Below the pieces are notes generated by a model. That model was not told the DNA's origin and did no database searches. It saw nothing but the letters and a program-made list of their open reading frames with translations. 64,000 nucleotides of DNA, taken from assembly GCA_963727455.1 (NCBI GenBank), contig CAVSGG010000010.1, positions 1 through 64,000 of the forward strand, in the 5' to 3' direction. The position numbers and the translations under genes were made by a program. Each line of letters starts with the position of its first letter. The first letter of the stretch is position 1. This document shows, one piece after another, positions 1 through 9,985 of this stretch. This DNA comes from Candidatus Krumholzibacteriota bacterium. Its GTDB lineage: Bacteria; Krumholzibacteriota; Krumholzibacteriia; JAJRXK01.

Positions 1-2
1 TC

Positions 3-158
3 TGGTGGGATCCGTCGGTGGACAAGGGCTCGACGATCGTGGTTCCCACGAAGATCGAGGGCGCGGGAACCGATTGGGGCAAGGTAATCATCAGCACCAC
101 CTCGGTACTGGCGAGCCTCGCGACGATCTACTTCGTGGTGCATAACGCGAATAACTGA
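3..158 (+). CDS. C-terminal end of polysaccharide export protein (SLBB/Wza-KpsD-like), partial
   Basis: Manual translation WWDPSVDKGSTIVVPTKIEGAGTDWGKVIISTTSVLASLATIYFVVHNANN*. The 'G-x-T-I-V-V-P' motif plus a terminal amphipathic helix is typical of SLBB exporters, and it lies upstream of Wzz/Wzx. Confidence 0.65.
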   Translation, partial: WWDPSVDKGSTIVVPTKIEGAGTDWGKVIISTTSVLASLATIYFVVHNANN

Positions 159-307
159 GGTGAGGAGGCCGTCAGTTGATCATCCGTTGGGAGTGCGGCC
201 TGATCTGATAGGTACCGCACCGGAGATTGATGCTGAGATCGAGTGATAGCTCCCGCAGTCCATTTATGTAGATCGCCGTTTTTTCCGTCACCATCTAGCG
301 CGCATTG

Positions 308-1150
308 TTAGATTTTCTGAAATACGAATTCATTGCAGCCATGACCACCCGCACATGTTCTAAGCTCCTCAAGACGGAATCCCCGATCTCGATACAAGCG
401 AAAAATCTCCTCAGGCTTAGCGACTTCAAAGGGGAGTCCGCCTACCCAGTCCACTACATCGCGCCACGGTGACATTCCACGCGAATTCCTCTTCGAGTAA
501 TTTTGCCAAGTGTGAAATGGTCTTCCCATGGCCAGATCACGTATCATTGTCGGCCCCCAGAGCCGAATCGCGGCCGGGCACAAAATAATCCATCGAAGAC
601 CACGAGGCAGTCGATTGTAGACCACCTTAACTTTTAACCAGAACTTACTGGCCCTACCCTGATCATTATAAATTGCAATAAGAAGTGTTCCACCCTCGCA
701 TACGAGGTTTGATACGTTGAGCAGTGCCTGTGAGATATCGCCAGTATGATGCAGTACTCCCCAGGAGTAGACAATGTCCCATTGGCCTAGTGATCTTATG
801 TAATCCCCTTCAAGTACTGAACCCTGTTCAACGTTCCAATTCGGATCATTTGGGAAATAGAGTTCCTTCAATTGCATAGTACAGGCTACAGATTGAACGT
901 CGTAGTCGAAGGAATGAACTACTGCTCCGAGTCTGCGCGCTGCAAGGCTAAACAGACCGCTTCCAGAGCCAACATCGAGAAAGCGTTTTCCCTGCAAGTC
1001 CTTCACTTTGAGACTATGGCAGAGCGACTGTTCCGCCTGACGAATCCTTCCCTCGTCTAGTACTTGCAGGAATCGTGACCAATTGTCGCCGAAGGCAAAA
1101 CGATTCCCTGCCCTAATCTCTGCCTCATCATGTAAGTTGACGTTTGTCAT
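308..1150 (-). CDS. Class I SAM-dependent methyltransferase (glycan-locus type)
   Basis: FLDVGSGSG motif I; DIVYSWGVLHHTG post-motif II. Confidence 0.85.
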   Translation of the reverse strand: MTNVNLHDEAEIRAGNRFAFGDNWSRFLQVLDEGRIRQAEQSLCHSLKVKDLQGKRFLDVGSGSGLFSLAARRLGAVVHSFDYDVQSVACTMQLKELYFPNDPNWNVEQGSVLEGDYIRSLGQWDIVYSWGVLHHTGDISQALLNVSNLVCEGGTLLIAIYNDQGRASKFWLKVKVVYNRLPRGLRWIILCPAAIRLWGPTMIRDLAMGRPFHTWQNYSKRNSRGMSPWRDVVDWVGGLPFEVAKPEEIFRLYRDRGFRLEELRTCAGGHGCNEFVFQKI

Positions 1151-1378
1151 CGGTCCACTCTCTAGCTCAGGTCCTAAATGGACATTTTATGGGATCCACA
1201 TCGAGTTATTCACGATGGAAATTGACCCTACGCTTCTCCAGTAAGGCGAACAAGCTTACATTGTGTGGGTCTTGTAGTGCACAGACTCTCCTTTGAGCTA
1301 CGGAGAGAGGTTACAGAATCAATCCCTGCCAATCACCAAATCTGAGTCATTGGGTCGTCAAGCAGAAACCAAATCCCC

Positions 1379-1747
1379 TCAAACCAGATAGTAGGGCGTG
1401 ATCTGCAAGTTCCCATCTCGAATGATCGTTAACCACACGGAGGTGGGACTTGTAATTTGGCCCATCAGCACTCGGCCTTGATAGCTCTCTTCTGCTCCAA
1501 TAGCCGCTGACCCGCTGCCCTCGATATGGAAGAGTGTGGTTGGACCCCTTATGACATGAACCTGTAACTCCCAAGCTAACCCACCTCTGTCCCTTGAAAT
1601 TCGACGTTCGACCATACGGCCTCCGCGCAGCATAGAACAGAGCTTGATGGGTAAAAGGGCGAGGAGTAACTTATGGAGCCGACCGTGCCTGCTGGTTGCC
1701 CCCTCGGGGTTCTCCAAGCTATGCAGCCCGCGAGAGCTGCACGGCAC
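1379..1747 (-). CDS. Doubtful hypothetical ORF
   Basis: 122-aa ORF in a low-GC spacer; no recognisable motif; start overlaps the tRNA fragment. Confidence 0.2.
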   Translation of the reverse strand: MPCSSRGLHSLENPEGATSRHGRLHKLLLALLPIKLCSMLRGGRMVERRISRDRGGLAWELQVHVIRGPTTLFHIEGSGSAAIGAEESYQGRVLMGQITSPTSVWLTIIRDGNLQITPYYLV

Positions 1748-1786
1748 CCCTGGCAGGGTTCGAGCCCGCGGCCGCTTAATTAGAAG
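1742..1786 (-). pseudogene. Degenerate 3' half of tRNA-Arg(TCT); att-like scar
   Basis: Minus strand reads CTTCTAA TTAAG CGGCC GCGGG CTCGAAC CCTGC CAGGGGT G CCG. This gives anticodon loop, 3' anticodon stem, variable loop, T arm, acceptor 3' strand, discriminator and degenerate CCA with exact tRNA spacing. No 5' half is present. Confidence 0.65.
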
Positions 1787-1812
1787 AGCTAGGTGATTAC
1801 GCCGGGAGTGTT

Positions 1813-2787
1813 ATGGAAGCTCAACGCCAGGATGAAATCGGGATCCTTACATGGATGAACAGGGCATGGCGGCGCCATCTATATGCTCGCGGAATTGGTG
1901 TCTTTTTGTGTGGCGCTATCCTGGTTGCGCTATCGTTCCTCGAGCGAAACCTCTATGAATCCCGCGTAAAACTCATCTACATCCATAAGGACGACCTTTC
2001 GCTTAGCAAGCTCGCAACGGGTACACCCGGTGCGATGGCACTCAGGAGCCTCGGGCTGGGAGAGTTGGGTGGGGGAGTACTCTTACCGGATATCCTCCAA
2101 AGCAGGTCTCTTCTGAGCAAAGTCATGCGCGATAGCGTCGAATTTCAGGGGAGGCGCCAGTCGATTTTCGAAATCTACAAGAATGATGACAAAGAGGCTC
2201 CCGGAGCTTTTGAGAGGGTGCTCGATGCATTCCGAAGCACCTACTCTCGAGCATCCTACGACAATCGTAATGATATGGTGAGCTTAAGGGTTTTAGCCCC
2301 CTCGCCTGTACTCTCGGCATACATCGCAAACGAAATGACAGGTCTCCTGAATGAGCATTTGGTCAAGAATTCAACGGAACATGCGAGCCAGCAGCGGACA
2401 TTCATCGAAGGCCGTCTCAAGACGGTAAGTGAGGAGCTTCGCCAAGCTGAGCTTGCATTGAAGAATTTCCGTGAAGAAAACAGAGCTATTCAATCATCGC
2501 CCACTCTGAGAATGGAAGAATCCCGCCTTATACGTAAGGTCAGTTTGAATGAACAGGTTGTTTCAACACTCACTGCGCAGTACGAACTGGCACGTATTGA
2601 AGCAGTCAAGAACCTTCCGGTAATTGACGTGATCGACGCAGCCGTTCCTCCCTATAAGAAGGCGCTGCCTCATCGTAGCCTTCGATTGATCACCGGGTTC
2701 CTGCTCGCTCTAATGGGAATCGGTTTCTGGGACGCCTTTCGGTTCTGGCGTGCTACCCAGCCAAGTGTAAATGACAGCGAGCAATAA
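1813..2787 (+). CDS. Wzz/GumC-like polysaccharide co-polymerase (chain-length determinant)
   Basis: N- and C-terminal TM helices, coiled-coil periplasmic region, 'VIDAAVPPYKKALP' motif before the last TM. Confidence 0.8.
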   Translation: MEAQRQDEIGILTWMNRAWRRHLYARGIGVFLCGAILVALSFLERNLYESRVKLIYIHKDDLSLSKLATGTPGAMALRSLGLGELGGGVLLPDILQSRSLLSKVMRDSVEFQGRRQSIFEIYKNDDKEAPGAFERVLDAFRSTYSRASYDNRNDMVSLRVLAPSPVLSAYIANEMTGLLNEHLVKNSTEHASQQRTFIEGRLKTVSEELRQAELALKNFREENRAIQSSPTLRMEESRLIRKVSLNEQVVSTLTAQYELARIEAVKNLPVIDVIDAAVPPYKKALPHRSLRLITGFLLALMGIGFWDAFRFWRATQPSVNDSEQ

Positions 2788-2793
2788 TCTAAA

Positions 2794-4284
2794 ATGGGAA
2801 TCGTAGGGCCATTCCCCGAGAAGACACTGAGCGCAAATCCAAGCGCTTCCGGTAACGCGCTCGCAAGACACAGCGTCGTCTATCTTTTGGCTCGCGGCCT
2901 ACCGGGAGTCATTAATCTTCTCGCAATGGCGATCTATACGAGATTGCTCGCGCCAGATGATTACGGAAAGTACGCCATCGTAATTGCGGGAGTCGGTCTT
3001 GCTGGGACAATTATCTTCCAATGGCTCCGATTGAGCCTCATGCGCTTCTATCCAGTTTACAAAGACCGACAAGAAAGCTTTTTGTCTACCATCGCTTCAA
3101 CATATTTAGCTTTGGCCTCGATCTGTTGCGTGGTAGGCGCCGCAGCTCTTGTCTCCCAAAGTGATCCAGTCACCAGGAAGCTGGTTGCACTCGGCACCAT
3201 CCTATTATGCATCCAGTCATTTTATGAATTGAACCTAAGCCTGGCAGTGATCAGGCTCGTACCTAGGAAATATGGACTTCTTTCTCTTTCGAAGACCATG
3301 GTTGCTGTGGGCCTCGGAGGACTTCTAGCTTACCGTGGGTATGGTGCGCCAGGATTAATTTATGGACTGATCGCGGGAATGCTTATTTCGATTGCGATCC
3401 AGGCGGGTAGCTGGCGGCATCTGCGATTCAAGTTTGTTGACGGCAAGATCTTTCGTGAACTTTTGTTCTATGGCTGGCCGCTCAGTGCAACAGTCGTATT
3501 GGGTTTTGTAGTCAATAGTTCCGACAGGTTCTTGCTAGGGTGGTTTTTGGGAACTGATTATACGGGACAGTACGCTGCGGGCTATGACATCGCAAATCAG
3601 TCTCTGGGAGTTCTGATGATGATTGTGCAACTTGCGGCGTACCCTCTCGCCGTAAGAGCGCTGGAGCAAAGCGGGGTAGTTGCAGCTAGACACCAGCTTT
3701 CACGCAATATAATTCTCCTTCTTGCAGTCGCGCTACCCTGTGCAGCGGCCTTGGCCGTATTGGCACCAAACATTGCTGGTCTATTCTTGGGCGCATCCTT
3801 TCGGGATGCTGCACTTGCACTCATGCCGTTGATTGCGCTCGGGACCTTGCTCGCCGGCATTCGCTCCTACTACCTAGACTTAAGTTTTCAACTGGGGCGT
3901 CGCACCATCGGTCAGTTGTGGATTACATTCACGGCTGCAATCGTAAATATCATCCTCAACGTTCTTTGGATCCCATCTCTTGGAATGATGGGGGCAGCAT
4001 ACGCTACAGTCCTGGCATATGCTGTTGGCTTGGTCCTTAGTTGGGTTTTGGGCAGGCGCGTTTTCACGCTTCCATTTCCAATTAGAGCAGCTCTCAAAAT
4101 CCTATTAGCTACATGTGGCATGGCTTGCTCATTATGGTACTTACGTGATTATCACGGAGCCGGGGCTCTAGCAGCTCAGGTTATGGTAGGCGGAGTGGTA
4201 TATGGACTTCTACTTCTTTGGCTCAACGTCTTTGATTTGAGAGGAAGGGCAGCGAGTTTGATTTCTAGGGGGACACGCACCTAA
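2794..4284 (+). CDS. wzx: Wzx oligosaccharide flippase
   Basis: Multi-TM; 'IYTRLLAPDDYGKY', 'SSDRFLLGWFLG...GQYAAGY'. Confidence 0.85.
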   Translation: MGIVGPFPEKTLSANPSASGNALARHSVVYLLARGLPGVINLLAMAIYTRLLAPDDYGKYAIVIAGVGLAGTIIFQWLRLSLMRFYPVYKDRQESFLSTIASTYLALASICCVVGAAALVSQSDPVTRKLVALGTILLCIQSFYELNLSLAVIRLVPRKYGLLSLSKTMVAVGLGGLLAYRGYGAPGLIYGLIAGMLISIAIQAGSWRHLRFKFVDGKIFRELLFYGWPLSATVVLGFVVNSSDRFLLGWFLGTDYTGQYAAGYDIANQSLGVLMMIVQLAAYPLAVRALEQSGVVAARHQLSRNIILLLAVALPCAAALAVLAPNIAGLFLGASFRDAALALMPLIALGTLLAGIRSYYLDLSFQLGRRTIGQLWITFTAAIVNIILNVLWIPSLGMMGAAYATVLAYAVGLVLSWVLGRRVFTLPFPIRAALKILLATCGMACSLWYLRDYHGAGALAAQVMVGGVVYGLLLLWLNVFDLRGRAASLISRGTRT

Positions 4285-5420
4285 TGGGTGATTCCACTCA
4301 GAAGCATCTCGCCCTTTATCTTCCATCCCTGCGGGGCGGTGGCGCTGAACGGATGATGTCCATTCTAGCGGGTGCATTTGCCGAGCGCGGCCATTTGGTG
4401 GATCTAGTTTTGGCCAAGGCAGAGGGGCCTAACCTGGAGCGTTCTCACGAGAGCATCCGGATGGTCGATCTAAACTCCCCGCGAGTAATTCGTAGCATAC
4501 CAGCGCTTGTGCGGTATCTGCGTACGGAACGTCCCGATGCAATGCTTACTGCGATGAGTCACGCAAATGTGGCGGCTATCGTCGCCCGGTCCATATCCGG
4601 AGTACCAACGCGCCTCATCGTGAGCGAACGGAGTACCCTCAGCGTCTCCATCAAGAATGCGCGCGCTAGGAGGGCCAGGATCGTTCTGCGGTTGATGAGG
4701 TACCTATATCCGCGGGCAGATGGGATTGTCGCGGTCTCTGAGGGAGCCAGCAATGATCTGTCACAGTCGATACACTTGCCCAGGGGAAGAATCACCACAA
4801 TTTACAACCCCGCAGTTACGCCAGAGCTGCTGGAGGACTCCACAAAAGCGCTGAACCACCCATGGTTTGGCCCAGGGAAGCCTCCAGTCATCCTCGGAGT
4901 TGGTCGTTTGACCAAAGCAAAGGACTTTGGAACATTAATTCGTGCATTTGTAATGGTTAGAGAGCGACGGCCGGTGAAACTGATCATTCTGGGTGAAGGG
5001 GAAGAGCGCCAGAGTTTGGAGGAACTAGCTCGTGAAATGGGTGCCGGCTCGGATGTAAGTATGCCGGGCTTCCAAGAGAACCCTTACGTCTACTTTCGGC
5101 ACGCCGCTGCATTCGTGCTTTCTTCGAGGTGGGAGGGTCTTCCGGGGGTACTGATTGAGGCGATGGCTTGTGGCTGTCCGGTGGTGAGTACCAATTGCCC
5201 TAGCGGACCAGCGGAGATCCTGGAGAATGGTAAGTGGGGTGCGCTTGTTCCCGTAGGGGATTCCAAGGAGCTTGCAAGAGCGATTCTCAATACGCTGGAG
5301 AGCTCTAGCCCTCCTTCTGTTGAATTGAGAGCGATGGACTTCGGAGTAGGGCAAGCTGCTGAGCGCTATTTACAGTTGTTGATTGGGCACGAGAGCGCGA
5401 CGGGGAGAAGTGCCGTATGA
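4284..5420 (+). CDS. Glycosyltransferase family 4
   Basis: GGGAER N-terminal motif; SSRWEGLPGVLIEAMACG (ExF/L-x7-E). Confidence 0.9.
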   Translation: MGDSTQKHLALYLPSLRGGGAERMMSILAGAFAERGHLVDLVLAKAEGPNLERSHESIRMVDLNSPRVIRSIPALVRYLRTERPDAMLTAMSHANVAAIVARSISGVPTRLIVSERSTLSVSIKNARARRARIVLRLMRYLYPRADGIVAVSEGASNDLSQSIHLPRGRITTIYNPAVTPELLEDSTKALNHPWFGPGKPPVILGVGRLTKAKDFGTLIRAFVMVRERRPVKLIILGEGEERQSLEELAREMGAGSDVSMPGFQENPYVYFRHAAAFVLSSRWEGLPGVLIEAMACGCPVVSTNCPSGPAEILENGKWGALVPVGDSKELARAILNTLESSSPPSVELRAMDFGVGQAAERYLQLLIGHESATGRSAV

Positions 5421-6742
5421 CAACCGTCGCCGTCGTCTTGGGTTTGATGTTCTTTGCTTTTTGCATGGGATTCGTGGTGCTTCATAGCGTACGTACGGAC
5501 CGACTATTGCTGTTGGATTGGGCGGTACTGGGGATGGGCGGTGTCTATGGATTGGGGTGGGCTCTGGTTGTCTCAGTAACAAATGGTGGAGGTAACCCGT
5601 TCTGGGCAGAATGGGTGGTCCCATTTGGGAGATACTATGCACTCCACACTGCTGCGGCCGTTACTCTCGTAGGGGGGACATGCCTGGGTTGGTCTTTATC
5701 ACATCGTCTATCAACGAATATCGTAGAAAAGCAGCCCCTGCCGTCTAATTCGAGAGTTGGAAGATTGAAGCTGGCACTATGGGGTCTTCTTCTAGCGGCA
5801 ATAGCGATGCAGTGGCTTTACACACTCGCTTATGGTGGCTTTCTAGGACTCTTGAGCTATTCTCTCGCGATCCGTTCAGCCGTGTTTCCCGTTCAAAACA
5901 GCTTGAGTTTCCTGAAGCCTTTTGGCGGTCTGGCTTTATTTGCGTCTTTCGGATTCTTCGGGTTGTGGCTATCCCGTCATCGCACCTTAGGAAACGCAAT
6001 AGGCTTCCTTCTGTCGTTTTGCTTTTCTCTTTACGTTCTGGCTTCTTGGCTTGGGAGAGTGAGCTTTGGCTTGTACTTCGCAACATTGATTCTTGCCGTA
6101 TTTCTCACCCACCGCTGGCGCCCGGTCGCCATGCTGTTTGGCGGCTCCGTGCTGCTGATAGCAATCGCTCTAGGAGCATATTATGTCAGCGTAAGCTTGA
6201 ATTTGAAGTCCGCTGACAGTCTTACTTCCTTCATGGCACAGGAATTTAGCTTTCCATTCGTAAGCTTCTTCGCACAACTTGATTCGGGTCAGCACCTATT
6301 TCGAGCATTCAAGGACGTGATCGTAGCGCCCATATACTTGCTCCCCTCATCACTGTGGACGAAGTGGCTAGTGGGCGTCAGCCAAGTCAATACTGAGGTG
6401 ATTATGGGAGTCCCAAAGGGGGTGCAGGGGGTTACTCAGGGAGTCCCTGTGGACTTGATTACACTCGGTCTCATGCAAGCGTCACTTTCTGGGGTCGCTG
6501 TGATCGGGGCTGTTTTTGGAGCAGCGTTGGGTGTAATACAGCGCTTTGTCGACCGAATTTCGGATGATGGCGTCAGAGCTACGCTCATAGCCTATGTGGC
6601 GCTGAAGATTGCAGTCTTAGGGGTCTTCTATGCGCAACCGTCTCTAGTTGTGTCGGGTAACTTTGCACTATTAGTTTCGGTTGGATTCGTTGTGGCGATT
6701 ATGAAGATGCCTAGATTCTGGAGCCGCACTCTTAAATCCTAG
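5417..6742 (+). CDS. Probable Wzy polysaccharide polymerase
   Basis: About 11 hydrophobic segments, large loop in the C-terminal half, position after wzx and a GT. Confidence 0.6.
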   Translation: MTTVAVVLGLMFFAFCMGFVVLHSVRTDRLLLLDWAVLGMGGVYGLGWALVVSVTNGGGNPFWAEWVVPFGRYYALHTAAAVTLVGGTCLGWSLSHRLSTNIVEKQPLPSNSRVGRLKLALWGLLLAAIAMQWLYTLAYGGFLGLLSYSLAIRSAVFPVQNSLSFLKPFGGLALFASFGFFGLWLSRHRTLGNAIGFLLSFCFSLYVLASWLGRVSFGLYFATLILAVFLTHRWRPVAMLFGGSVLLIAIALGAYYVSVSLNLKSADSLTSFMAQEFSFPFVSFFAQLDSGQHLFRAFKDVIVAPIYLLPSSLWTKWLVGVSQVNTEVIMGVPKGVQGVTQGVPVDLITLGLMQASLSGVAVIGAVFGAALGVIQRFVDRISDDGVRATLIAYVALKIAVLGVFYAQPSLVVSGNFALLVSVGFVVAIMKMPRFWSRTLKS

Positions 6743-6807
6743 CATCTTTTGTGGATCCAAGATGCACACCGACTAGTTGGCAGTACTTAGCCGGTAATGG
6801 CCGCATG

Positions 6808-8745
6808 CTATCTTGCCGAGTGTTGGCTCTCAAGCCATGCTTGAAACATGAGGACGCTCCAAAGGCGGGCTTGTAGCCATGGCCTTCCGGATAAATGGTC
6901 TTGCCATAGTTGTCGGATCGGGGCAGGAGACAAGAAACCCTCATCTATCAGACGATGCTCATTTAGAAGTGACTCAGCCCAGTCGCGTAGTGGGCCTCGA
7001 AGCCAATCCTCCAATGGAATTCCAAATCCATGCTTCGGTCGATTCATAAGCCCACGCGGAACGTACTTATAGAGAACTTGTTTCAAGAGCCATTTCATTT
7101 GTCCGTCACGAACCTTGAAGGTCAAAGGAACTTTCCAAGCAAATTCGACCATTCGGTGGTCTAACAATGGAACACGCGCCTCGAGGCTGACAGCCATGCT
7201 AGCCCGATCAACCTTAGTTAGAATATCGTCCGGCAAGTAGGACTTCATATCTGAATACATCATTTGGCTGCGCAGATCATGTAAAGAGGAATTCCATGAT
7301 GCAGGAGTGACCCTCGCGGTGGAAGACTGTTGGTGAACTAAAATGTCTTCCGGGCTACTCCACTGTGCGGTCATTTGGCTATAAAAGGCTTCAGGAGTCC
7401 CAGCGTTCAGGACTCTCGCGAGTTTTGGAATCCGTTCGTTTAGGGACATCAAATCGCGACGGCGAGGTAGAAGAGTGACGAGGCTCCTGACGCCAGGAAG
7501 GACGAATTCCAGAGATCGCGCCAGGGGATTTCGCACTGGTGGTGGAATCATTTTCCTTCGGGACCAGATACGTTGACCCAGTGCGTAGCGCGTATAACCA
7601 CAGAAGAGTTCGTCCCCACCGTCTCCCGAGAGACTCACGGTGACTCGCTGACGTGCCAAACGACTGACGAGATATGTGGGAATTTGTGACGAGTCGGCGA
7701 AGGGCTCATCCCATATTTGGGGTAAATCCGGGATGACCGACATGGCTTCCCCCGGCGTTAGGTAGAGCTCTGTGTGTTCTGTCCCCAGATGCTTCGCAAT
7801 CGCGTTAGCATACTTTGCCTCATCAAATTGGTCGTGATGGAATCCAATAGTAAAAGTCTTCACGGGCTTCCTCGACAACGACTGCATAAGAGCCACTACG
7901 GTTGTCGAGTCACAGCCTCCGGAAAGAAAAGCCCCTAGCGGGACGTCGGCCTCCATGCGGAGACCCACCGCGTCACGTAGTAGTATGTCGAGTTCATCTG
8001 AGAGCGCGTTGGGGTCTGTTTTGGTACTTAACTCCCCACGCTCAGCGATTTCGGAGAGATTCCAATAGCACTGGGGCGTATAAGTTGTGACGTCTGGAGA
8101 GCTGATTTTAAGATAATGTGCGGGAGGCAGTTTGTAGACGCCGCGGTAGATACTCAGTGGGCTGGGGACGTAGCCCTTACGAAAATAGGCGGATAGAGCA
8201 TCGCGATCGATTTCTCCCGCCCAGGCTGGATGAACTCGAAGAGCCTTCAGTTCAGAGCCGAATATAAGAACACCCCCAAGGGAACCATAATAGAGCGGCT
8301 TAATCCCCATGCGGTCACGGGCCAGATAAAGTGTACGTTCAGTGCGGTCCCAGATCGCAAAAGCGAACATGCCATTGAGGCGGTCGAGCGTCGCCCTGAT
8401 ACCCCATCGGCATATGGCAGAGAACAGCGTCTCCGTGTCAGAATGTCCACGCCAGTCCAAGGTGCCGAACTCATGTTCCAGCGACCTACGAAGGTCTTTG
8501 TGGTTATAGATTTCACCATTGAACGTTAAGACGAAACGTCCGCAGGAGGAGATCATGGGTTGCTTCCCTGCCGCAGAGAGCTCGATAACGGCGAGCCGCT
8601 GATGCGCCATTGCAAGACCGGATTCTGAATCCAGCCAGACACCGGAAGCATCAGGCCCCCGGTGTCGAAGTTGCCCTGCCATTCTGCTAGCCACATCGAA
8701 ATCAGGGGTGGCATGAAACTGCCAGAATCCCGCGAGACCGCACAT
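6808..8745 (-). CDS. asnB: Asparagine synthase (glutamine-hydrolysing), glycan amidotransferase type
   Basis: N-terminal MCG, HRGPD, FNGEIYN, FLSGG, SGDGGDELF, KVDRASMAVSLEARVP. Confidence 0.92.
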   Translation of the reverse strand: MCGLAGFWQFHATPDFDVASRMAGQLRHRGPDASGVWLDSESGLAMAHQRLAVIELSAAGKQPMISSCGRFVLTFNGEIYNHKDLRRSLEHEFGTLDWRGHSDTETLFSAICRWGIRATLDRLNGMFAFAIWDRTERTLYLARDRMGIKPLYYGSLGGVLIFGSELKALRVHPAWAGEIDRDALSAYFRKGYVPSPLSIYRGVYKLPPAHYLKISSPDVTTYTPQCYWNLSEIAERGELSTKTDPNALSDELDILLRDAVGLRMEADVPLGAFLSGGCDSTTVVALMQSLSRKPVKTFTIGFHHDQFDEAKYANAIAKHLGTEHTELYLTPGEAMSVIPDLPQIWDEPFADSSQIPTYLVSRLARQRVTVSLSGDGGDELFCGYTRYALGQRIWSRRKMIPPPVRNPLARSLEFVLPGVRSLVTLLPRRRDLMSLNERIPKLARVLNAGTPEAFYSQMTAQWSSPEDILVHQQSSTARVTPASWNSSLHDLRSQMMYSDMKSYLPDDILTKVDRASMAVSLEARVPLLDHRMVEFAWKVPLTFKVRDGQMKWLLKQVLYKYVPRGLMNRPKHGFGIPLEDWLRGPLRDWAESLLNEHRLIDEGFLSPAPIRQLWQDHLSGRPWLQARLWSVLMFQAWLESQHSAR

Positions 8746-8747
8746 TA

Positions 8748-9908
8748 TCAGCGCTGCCCTTCTCTTGAGCTAAGACTCCGATATAGGGCAGCGTACTTTG
8801 CGGTGACACTTGCAAGGGAATACTCAGCTTCAACACGAGAACGAGCAGCTGTCCCCATTGATTGCCGTGTTTCCGGGGAAAGTCTCACCATGTGTTCAAG
8901 CGCTGCTACGAGCGCTTCCATATCACGTGGGGGAACGATTAAGCCTGTGTTTCCAACGATCAGGGCGCTATCTCCTATATCGGTTGCTATGCACGGCACA
9001 CAGGTGCTCATCGCCTCGCCTAAGACGTTGGGAAAGCCTTCGCCCCAAGCACTCGTTAGGCAGAGCAGGTCAAATGAGCTCAGCAAGGAAGAGATGTCTG
9101 ATCGTTCACCTAGTAGGCGGAGGTGGCGATTATATTCGGAGGGAAAATCGCGGAGAAGATTCCTGTTGTTCCAGGTCACATCTTTGCCAACAAGCACCGC
9201 GACAACCTGGTCATGCCTACGTACAACTTCTTTCATTGCCTTGAGCATGGTCGGATGGTCCTTCATTGGATGATAGCGTGCTATGTGCCCAACAACAATT
9301 GCACTGTCGGCGATATTAAGTTCGTTGCGAATGCGTTTTCTATCCTCCGAAGAAGGTGCGAACTGGATTGTGTCAAAACCGTTGGGGATTATGTGTGTAT
9401 TGCTACTGTGAAAGCCGAAGGCCTGATGCTGTACACTCGATACCTGACTGTTGTAGAGCAGAGCATCCGCGTGTGGAGAGAGGGCCCGATTCCCTCGAAT
9501 CATCAATCGGGTCCCCGGTCTTTCATTTTCTAGCTCGTAGAGTGAATGCCTCACATTCCATGCGAGGATACAGTCACGCGTCCCGAGGCTCTTCTTCGCC
9601 AGAAATGCTGCGATATTCCCATGGTACATCCAGCCTTGGATCAAATCCGGGCGAAAGTGTTTCGTGTACCTGCAGAGACGCAACAGCGGTATAGGTGCCC
9701 CGGCAATCCGGTGCATTCGCAGAGCATGAACCGGGACGCCAAGGTCCTGAAGCAAGGTACCATATGTTCCTAGGTTTGTGACAGATACGACAGAGGTCTC
9801 AAAGTCGTCTGCCAGCCCTCCCCGCATCAGGTTGTAGAGCATACGCTCAGCCCCACCAGTACCCAGACCCGTGGAAATGTGTAGGACACGTAGAGGGCCT
9901 TGAGTCAA
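8748..9908 (-). CDS. Glycosyltransferase family 4 (WbnK-like)
   Basis: GGAERML, QGWMYH, EGFPNVLGEAM. Confidence 0.9.
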   Translation of the reverse strand: MTQGPLRVLHISTGLGTGGAERMLYNLMRGGLADDFETSVVSVTNLGTYGTLLQDLGVPVHALRMHRIAGAPIPLLRLCRYTKHFRPDLIQGWMYHGNIAAFLAKKSLGTRDCILAWNVRHSLYELENERPGTRLMIRGNRALSPHADALLYNSQVSSVQHQAFGFHSSNTHIIPNGFDTIQFAPSSEDRKRIRNELNIADSAIVVGHIARYHPMKDHPTMLKAMKEVVRRHDQVVAVLVGKDVTWNNRNLLRDFPSEYNRHLRLLGERSDISSLLSSFDLLCLTSAWGEGFPNVLGEAMSTCVPCIATDIGDSALIVGNTGLIVPPRDMEALVAALEHMVRLSPETRQSMGTAARSRVEAEYSLASVTAKYAALYRSLSSREGQR

Positions 9909-9985
9909 TTAGGGTTACTCCGGTAGCTAATTCGGAACGGTGAACCTAAGCGTAAGCGGAAATTGTGCACTTTGCGCTCCAAGAC

